Below are positions 26,454 to 28,902 of a stretch of 28,902 nt of DNA, piece by piece. The notes beneath the pieces were generated by a model. It was not told where the DNA came from, made no database searches, and was given only the letters and a program-made list of their open reading frames with translations. A program made the translations under genes and the position numbers. Numbering within the stretch: position 1 is the first letter of the stretch; every line of letters starts with the position of its first letter. Source of the stretch: Gemmatimonadota bacterium. GTDB taxonomy: Bacteria > Gemmatimonadota > Gemmatimonadetes > Palauibacterales > Palauibacteraceae. The stretch spans positions 1 through 28,902 of the forward strand of contig JBDHAC010000050.1 in the NCBI GenBank assembly GCA_039588275.1, in the 5' to 3' direction.

Positions 26454-28007
26454 ATGAGGATGAACGACCCCCTGCGAGCCAAGCTGAACCTGTTCATAAC
26501 CGCTTCGCTGGCGTTCGCGCTCGGACTCGGCATGGCATCGGCGCTGAATCTCACGCCCATGTCGCTCGCCGCCGGCGATCGCGATGCACCCGAGTGGATC
26601 ATCGGAGCGCCTCCGATTCAAGGAGGCAGCCCGGGGGCGGGCTTCGCGGATATCGTGGACCGGATCGCGCCCGCCGTCGTGACCATCTACGCGGAGCGCG
26701 CGGGCGATCCGAACGACACCGAGGGGCTCCGGCTCCGGCCCGGGATCGAAGAATTCGTCATCCCGTGGAGCGGATCGGGCTTTGTGATCAGCGCCGACGG
26801 CTACGTCGTCACCAACAACCACGTCGTCGAGGGGGCGAGCCAGATCGACGTCGAGCTCGCCGATCAACGACGATTCAGTGCCGAGCTCGTCGGCCGGGAC
26901 CCGCAAACGGATGTGGCCCTGCTCAAGCTGGCCGCCGCCGACCTGACGGTCGCGCCGTTGGGATTCGCCGACAGCACACGCGTGGGCGAGTGGGTGCTCG
27001 CCATCGGGAGCCCGGGATTCAGTGGCGGTGGCCCAGCACCCCTCGAGACCACCGTGACGGCCGGCATCGTGAGCGCGAAGGGGCGCAGCATCAACATCCT
27101 CGGCCGCAGGACGCAGCTTGCGATCGAGGACTTCATCCAGACCGACGCCGCGATCAACCGAGGGAATTCGGGTGGCCCGCTCGTGAACGCGCGGGGTGAA
27201 GTGGTGGGCATTAACACGGTGATCGCGAGCGAGACCGGCTTCAACCAGGGGTACGGATTTGCGATCCCCATCGACCTCGCGCGCGAAGTCATCGACGATC
27301 TGATCGAGCACGGAGAGGTACGCCGGGCGGTGATCGGCGTCCTCATCAACGCGGTCACATCGGCCGACGCCAAATACTACGAGCTCGACAGGGTCGCCGG
27401 CGCCAAGGTGCAGAACTTCTCCGACGAGGACAGTCCCGCGCGGCTGGCCGGGCTCCGACCCGGGGACGTCATTCTCTCGGTCGAAGGGCAGCCGGTGATC
27501 GGCGTGCCCGACGTACAGCGGCGGATCCGGCAGTACGAGCCGGGCGAGACCGTCAACCTTGATATCGTGCGTCGGGACAAGACGCGCGATCAGGTGAGCG
27601 TCACGCTCGCCGCGGGACAGGACGAGGCGATCGAGGGACCGACGCGCCTCGCGGCCCGGGACCGGAACGGCCGCGGAGATGCACTCGGTGTGATCGAGGT
27701 GGCGTCACTCACGGCGCGCACTCGCAGTCGCCTCAGCCTGCCGTCCGAAGTCGACGGTGTCGTGATCGCGGAGGCGACCGCAGGTGGACCTCTGGGCCGG
27801 GCCCTGGGGATGACGATCCCGCCCAAGGATGTCGTGATCGAGGATCTGAACGGCGAGACAATCGGTGGCCCGGAGCAGTACGAGCAGGTGATCGCCAGTC
27901 TCGATCCGGGGGACGCGGTGAGCCTGCGCGTACAGATCCCGCTCCCCTCGAATTCGGGTACGGTCTGGCAAGCCCAGATCGTGAGCGTGGAAGTACCGCA
28001 GCGGTAG
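26454..28007 (+). CDS. DegP/HtrA-family serine protease with two PDZ domains
   Basis: N-terminal hydrophobic segment, GSGFVI, catalytic triad in TNNHV / TDVALL / GNSGG, and two C-terminal PDZ-like repeats. Confidence 0.95.
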   Translation: MRMNDPLRAKLNLFITASLAFALGLGMASALNLTPMSLAAGDRDAPEWIIGAPPIQGGSPGAGFADIVDRIAPAVVTIYAERAGDPNDTEGLRLRPGIEEFVIPWSGSGFVISADGYVVTNNHVVEGASQIDVELADQRRFSAELVGRDPQTDVALLKLAAADLTVAPLGFADSTRVGEWVLAIGSPGFSGGGPAPLETTVTAGIVSAKGRSINILGRRTQLAIEDFIQTDAAINRGNSGGPLVNARGEVVGINTVIASETGFNQGYGFAIPIDLAREVIDDLIEHGEVRRAVIGVLINAVTSADAKYYELDRVAGAKVQNFSDEDSPARLAGLRPGDVILSVEGQPVIGVPDVQRRIRQYEPGETVNLDIVRRDKTRDQVSVTLAAGQDEAIEGPTRLAARDRNGRGDALGVIEVASLTARTRSRLSLPSEVDGVVIAEATAGGPLGRALGMTIPPKDVVIEDLNGETIGGPEQYEQVIASLDPGDAVSLRVQIPLPSNSGTVWQAQIVSVEVPQR

Positions 28008-28093
28008 CGCTCCACGCCCGCCGGGGAAGGGGCCCGGGGGGTGCTCCTTCCTCGCGACGCGGGAGATCCGCGGTGCCACCTCTTGCGTGGTCT

Positions 28094-28323
28094 GGCTCTC
28101 CGTGTGTGCCTCTCCGCCGTTTCGTGCGCGCCCGGCGCGGTAGAACCGAGCCAAACGACCCCGCAGCTGTTCGTTTTGTCTCCCGGTTCTGCGGTGCTCA
28201 CTGAATACCGACCTACGTAGGCGTGCATCGGTTTGGGTAACCGATTACATCGGATCGAGACCTAGCAACGTGGTGGCGTCTCGACGCCCCAGGGGAGACC
28301 TTGGGCGGGCACACCGACGGGCC
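28094..28323. ncRNA. Candidate structured noncoding RNA, family unidentified
   Basis: A long-range closing stem (28100-28110 with 28308-28320) encloses several hairpins in an intergenic region; no known family motif recognised. Confidence 0.3.
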
Positions 28324-28361
28324 TGGGGGGCCCCGACGGTTTCCTCCACGCGGGTGGCCTG

Positions 28362-28902
28362 ATGTCTACATTGATGCGCCTGCTCAACCGCATCACCGCC
28401 GGTCGCCCCCGCAGGTCCATTCGGGAGCGAGACCTTCAGTCCAGCACCGGCATCTTCCTCATCATCATGTTGTTGGCTCCGCCTATGCTGATCATGGGGG
28501 GCGCCGTCGGTCCACTGATCTTCCAGGGGCCGCTCTGGTCGGCGCTCTTGAAGGGTGCTCTGCTGCTGGGTAGCGAACATGTGGGTGAGAGCGCCGGCGG
28601 ACTGTATCACCCTTCGACGCGGCTCGCGTCACCGATTCAGGACTACTCGAAGGAAGAGACGCTGATCCACCGTGGTCGAACCGACGAGGCCCTGGAGGCT
28701 CTTCGGCACGCGGCAGACGAGAATCCTTCGGATCCACGGCCTCCGCTACGCATCGCGCTTCTGCTGCGAGATGAGATGGACGCCCCTCCCGAGGCGCTGG
28801 ACTGGTTGGGGCGCGCGGCCTCGATCGAAGGACTCCCGGAGGCCGAGCAGAAGTACATCCTGCGCGAGATCATGGAGCTTTGCCGATCCAGGCTTGGCGC
28901 TC
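28362..28902 (+). CDS. Membrane-anchored TPR-like protein, 5' part (runs off the window)
   Basis: Not in the ORF track. The frame is open from ATG 28362 (or 28374) to the window end: hydrophobic GIFLIIMLLAPPMLIMGGAVG, then YSKEETLIHRGRTDEALEALR..P.DPRPPLRIALLLRDE..EALDWL helical repeats. Confidence 0.7.
   Translation, partial: MSTLMRLLNRITAGRPRRSIRERDLQSSTGIFLIIMLLAPPMLIMGGAVGPLIFQGPLWSALLKGALLLGSEHVGESAGGLYHPSTRLASPIQDYSKEETLIHRGRTDEALEALRHAADENPSDPRPPLRIALLLRDEMDAPPEALDWLGRAASIEGLPEAEQKYILREIMELCRSRLGA

Noticed and set aside
28008..28361. tmRNA, RNase P, SRP, cobalamin or glycine riboswitch identity for the structured region
   Set aside because: Only fragments match (CCCCGCAGCTGT; GGAGAG..CACCG..GAAGGAGCA on the minus strand). 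The tRNA-like T-arm/CCA end, GAGGAAAGTCC, the SRP loop and full riboswitch cores are absent.
28371..28387. TTGATGCGCCTGCTCAA as a fourth TetR operator
   Set aside because: The spacer is 9 nt rather than 8, the central GATC-like core is missing, and it lies within a probable CDS.

Overview
High-GC bacterial chromosomal segment; gene content and style suggest Gemmatimonadota, which is inference only. The left part is housekeeping: the 5' half of an F0F1 ATP synthase operon (minus strand), MoxR AAA+, CNNM/hemolysin-family transporter, prepilin peptidase, TrmH methyltransferase, thiD and an ICMT-family methyltransferase. The centre (about 9.15-17.6 kb) is a bacterial microcompartment (BMC) locus of the sugar-phosphate-utilisation type: TetR, RpiB-like isomerase, DeoC aldolase and CoA-acylating aldehyde dehydrogenase (the three enzymes carry N-terminal encapsulation-peptide-like helices), plus 1 BMC-H, 2 BMC-T and 3 BMC-P shell genes, with a convergent tpiA and an AlkD-like gene. 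A 16-bp TTGA-N8-TCAA palindrome occurs twice before tetR and once between tpiA and alkD, bracketing the locus as a probable regulon. A nucleoside transporter (NupC) and a purine nucleoside phosphorylase lie 3-5 kb beyond the shell genes. The right part holds a rhomboid protease, dnaK with a sigma54-like promoter, a GGDEF-EAL protein, DegP/HtrA, a hairpin-rich ~350-nt noncoding region and a partial TPR-like membrane protein. All calls come from motif reading by eye; no database searches were run.
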